Below, in pieces: positions 61,351 through 64,000 of a DNA stretch of 64,000 nucleotides. Source of the DNA: an uncultured Pseudomonadota bacterium. Its GTDB lineage: Bacteria; Pseudomonadota; Alphaproteobacteria; JACZXZ01. The DNA lies in contig CAVVLJ010000021.1 in NCBI GenBank assembly GCA_963749075.1, forward strand, positions 256,001-320,000. Direction: 5' to 3'. The notes beneath the pieces were generated by a model, which had not been told where the DNA came from, searched no databases, and saw only the letters and a program-made list of their open reading frames with translations. Made by a program: the position numbers and the translations under genes. Positions within the stretch are counted from its first letter, which is position 1. Every line of letters starts with the position of its first letter.

Positions 61351-63684
61351 CTAAGGCGTCTTGGGCGTGCGCAGCGGCCCGGGCGGCTCGATCGGGTCGT
61401 GCGGCAACGGCTGGGAGGCGAGGCCGCCCAGGCGCTGACGCAGCTCGTCCGTCAGCGCGCGCACGTCGCGCTGATCGTGGATGACGTGGGGCGTCAAGAG
61501 GACCAGGAGCTCGGTGCGCTGGGCGCTGACGGAGCGCGTCCCGAAGAGGCCGCCGAGCACCGGGATATCGGTGAGCCAGGGAAAGCCGGAGTTCGCGACC
61601 GACGTGTTGTCCTTGATGAGCCCGCCGAGGGCGATCGTCTCGCCGTCCTGCACGACGACGCGGGTCTTGATCTTGCGCTGCTCGATGGTGGGCGAGTCGA
61701 TGGTCGAGGTCGTGGTCGGCACCACGTCCGAGACCTCCTGCTGGATGTCGAGCGTCACCAGGTTGCCCGAATTGACCCGCGGCGCCACCTCGAGGATCAC
61801 GCCGGTCTCGCGGTAGTCGACGTTGTTCACGATGGGGGCGCCCGAGGTCGTCACCGACACCGCCGACTGGGTGACGATGGGCACCAGATCGCCCACCTGG
61901 AGGCGCGCATACTCGTTGTCGAGCACGAGGAGCTGCGGGTCCGAGATCACCTTCACCGTGGTGACGCTCTCGAGCGCGCTCAGGGCCGTCTGCACGACGG
62001 CACCGGTGATGGCGAAATTGAAGCCGGGATTGACGGGCTCAACGGGCTGGCCGGCCGTGGTGTTGATGAGCCCGACACTGCCCTTGCCCTTCGCGAAGAA
62101 CCACTGGGTGCCGTATTGCAGCGCGTCGTTGAGCGTCACCTCCGCGATGGTCGCCTCGATGAGCACCTGAAGCGGCAGGATGTCGATCTTGCGCAGCGTC
62201 GCCTCGATCATGGCATATTCGTCGTCGGTGGCGGAGATGAGGAGCGCGTTGTTGCGCTTGTCGGGGATGATGCGGATGCCGGGCGGCATCGCGGTGACCT
62301 CGCTCTCGCCCTCCGTCTCGCCGGTGCCGGAACGGCGGGCCAGCGAGCCCGTGCCGCCCAGCTGGCCGGCCTGGGCGCCACCCATGCTGCCGGTGCCGCC
62401 CGCGGGCTGCGCGCCTGCGACCGGTTGCTGCTGGCCGAGACCCTGCTGGCCCTGCGCTTGCACGCCCTGGCCCTGGGCGGGGGTCGCGATCGTCGCCGCC
62501 TGGGTGCCGGGCGAGAGCGGGTTTTGCTGCGTCTCGCCCTCGCCGCCGGTGGCACCCGCGCGGGAGGGTGCGAAGGCGCGCTGGAGGAGCGGCGCCAGGT
62601 CGCCCGCCGTGCCGTTCTGCACGTAATAGACGTGGAGCTTGCGCGCGGACGTCTCGCCGACCTTGTCGATCTCGTCGAGCAGGCGCTGGATGCGGGTGAG
62701 ATAGGCGGGCTTCCGGCTCACCACCAGCACGGCATTGATGCGCTCGATCGGCACCACGTGGACGGCACCTTCGCCGCCCGACTCGTTGTCCGCATCGATG
62801 ATGTCCTGCAGCTCGCTCGCGACCTTCTCCGGGCTGTCGGACTTCACCGGAAAGATGCCGTAGGAGCGGCCGGCCAGCGCCTCCACGTCGAAGGAGCGGA
62901 TGAGCGCCACCAGGCTCTCGCGCTCGGCCGCCGTGCCGCTGATGACGAGCGCGTTGCCCGAGGGCGCCGGGGTGAGGCGCCGCCCCTCGCCGACATAGGG
63001 CTGCAGCGCCCGCGCCACGTCCTTGGCCGCGGTATAGCGCAGCGGCACCACCTCGGTCCCCCCGACCGCGGCCGCGGCGGCGCCGGCGCCGGCCGCACCG
63101 CCCGCGCGCGCCGCCGGCAGCACGTGGTAATAGCCGCCGCTTTCCACCAGCGTAGCGCCGTTCTCGGCCAGGAGCTCCTGGAGGAGCCCAAGAAGCCGCG
63201 TGCGCGGGATTGCTTGCGAGGTCTGCAGCGTCACCGTGCCGTTGACCAGCGGATCGACCGTGTAATTGGCCTTGAGCAGATTGCCGAGGATGACGCGGAT
63301 CACCTCGCGCAGATCGGCATTCACGTAGTTGAGCGTGATGTCGGCCGGACCCGCGGGCACGGCGCTGCCGGCCGGCGGCAGCTGGACCGGCGTCGGATTG
63401 CTGCCGAAGGTGATGCGGGCGGGCGGGGCCGGCGTGGTGGGTGCTGGGGTGATGGTGCCGCTCACGCGCGGTGCGGCGGCGCCGACGGGGGCGCTGCCCC
63501 CGCTTTGCGTCACCGGCGCCGGCGCCGGTGCCGCCGCACCGGCCGGTGCCGCGGCCTTGCCGCTCTGGCTCGAGGCGTGGCCGAAGGGCGGCTTGTCGCA
63601 GGCGGCAAGCGCCAGGACGAGAGCGCCGCCCGCGAGCCACGGCGCTACGCACGGGAAGCGCCCCTTGCGGGCTTCAGGGCGCAT
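61351..63684 (-). CDS. gspD: Type II secretion secretin
   Basis: Lipobox LAAC, LNYVNADLREVI, QVLIEATIAEVTL, YRETGVIL.V.P, DIPVLG.LF and RTELLVLLTP. Confidence 0.95.
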   Translation of the reverse strand: MRPEARKGRFPCVAPWLAGGALVLALAACDKPPFGHASSQSGKAAAPAGAAAPAPAPVTQSGGSAPVGAAAPRVSGTITPAPTTPAPPARITFGSNPTPVQLPPAGSAVPAGPADITLNYVNADLREVIRVILGNLLKANYTVDPLVNGTVTLQTSQAIPRTRLLGLLQELLAENGATLVESGGYYHVLPAARAGGAAGAGAAAAAVGGTEVVPLRYTAAKDVARALQPYVGEGRRLTPAPSGNALVISGTAAERESLVALIRSFDVEALAGRSYGIFPVKSDSPEKVASELQDIIDADNESGGEGAVHVVPIERINAVLVVSRKPAYLTRIQRLLDEIDKVGETSARKLHVYYVQNGTAGDLAPLLQRAFAPSRAGATGGEGETQQNPLSPGTQAATIATPAQGQGVQAQGQQGLGQQQPVAGAQPAGGTGSMGGAQAGQLGGTGSLARRSGTGETEGESEVTAMPPGIRIIPDKRNNALLISATDDEYAMIEATLRKIDILPLQVLIEATIAEVTLNDALQYGTQWFFAKGKGSVGLINTTAGQPVEPVNPGFNFAITGAVVQTALSALESVTTVKVISDPQLLVLDNEYARLQVGDLVPIVTQSAVSVTTSGAPIVNNVDYRETGVILEVAPRVNSGNLVTLDIQQEVSDVVPTTTSTIDSPTIEQRKIKTRVVVQDGETIALGGLIKDNTSVANSGFPWLTDIPVLGGLFGTRSVSAQRTELLVLLTPHVIHDQRDVRALTDELRQRLGGLASQPLPHDPIEPPGPLRTPKTP

Positions 63685-64000
63685 TGGTCTTGACGCCCGG
63701 AGCGCGGCCTGGCGCCGCGACGCCGCGCAGCCCGGGCGGGCGCCGAGGCCGGCTGCCAGGCGTCCCGTCCTGGGCCAGCTCGATGGTCGCCGAGCGCACG
63801 CCCGAGCGGAAGGTCACGCGTTCCGGCGAGATGCGCTCGACCGTCCAGCCCTCGATGCTCTCGCCCTCGTGCAGCGCCTTATTGCCGCCCTTGCCGCCGT
63901 CGGCGAACAGCACCTCGCGCTGCTCGGGGCTGTAGAGGATGCCGACGAGGCGCGCCTCGAAGGGCAGGGCCTGGCCTCCCGCGGCAGGGCCTTGGCGTCC
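63674..64000 (-). CDS. T2SS GspC/PilP-like protein (5' partial)
   Basis: RLVGILYSP...LHEGESIEGWTVERI...V. The frame is open to the window edge, directly upstream of gspD. Confidence 0.65.
   Translation of the reverse strand, partial: GRQGPAAGGQALPFEARLVGILYSPEQREVLFADGGKGGNKALHEGESIEGWTVERISPERVTFRSGVRSATIELAQDGTPGSRPRRPPGLRGVAAPGRAPGVKTNAP

Noticed and set aside
62300-62570. Gly/Gln/Thr low-complexity insert in GspD
   Set aside because: Disordered N3-domain loops are a known feature of T2SS secretins.
60655-63693. Very long ORFs such as the 1012-aa ORF here, 50176-52836, 30264-32816 and 500-2479
   Set aside because: They are antisense shadows of recognisable genes, expected at high GC.

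Overview
This is a GC-rich chromosomal window from an alphaproteobacterium, probably Rhodospirillales-like judging from gene content; this was not verified. 1-16.7 kb is mostly core genes (rpe, gpsA, htpX, rsmB, tsaD, hemD-Mic60-hemY). It is interrupted by a caspase-domain islet flanked by a 16-bp direct repeat, and by a RelE/ParE toxin-antitoxin pair where hemC usually sits. 16.8-22.4 kb is a lower-GC islet bracketed by two complete, identical tRNA-Thr(CGT) genes with IHF-like sites. It carries nuclease- and phage-like ORFs but no recognisable integrase, and an IS3 remnant follows it. 23.3-33 kb holds a MaoC-Pta/AckA/H+-ATPase/PHA-hydrolase cluster, a DegP protease and MscS. 34.6-42 kb is the most interesting block: an LptE-like lipoprotein, a predicted outer-membrane beta-barrel with a long N-terminal leader domain and a 75-aa (Pro-Thr)n tail, a DUF6065-JmjC oxygenase fusion, a GT-C-like membrane protein and a GT2-GtrA fusion. 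Together these are a candidate surface-protein hydroxylation/glycosylation system. The rest encodes GT9, Usp, a cyclase-hydrolase fusion, GT4/PIG-L/rhodanese, a peptide ABC transporter, SpeD, DadA and part of a type II secretion cluster. Several single-base frameshifts suggest assembly error. All family calls come from motif recognition by eye; no searches were run.
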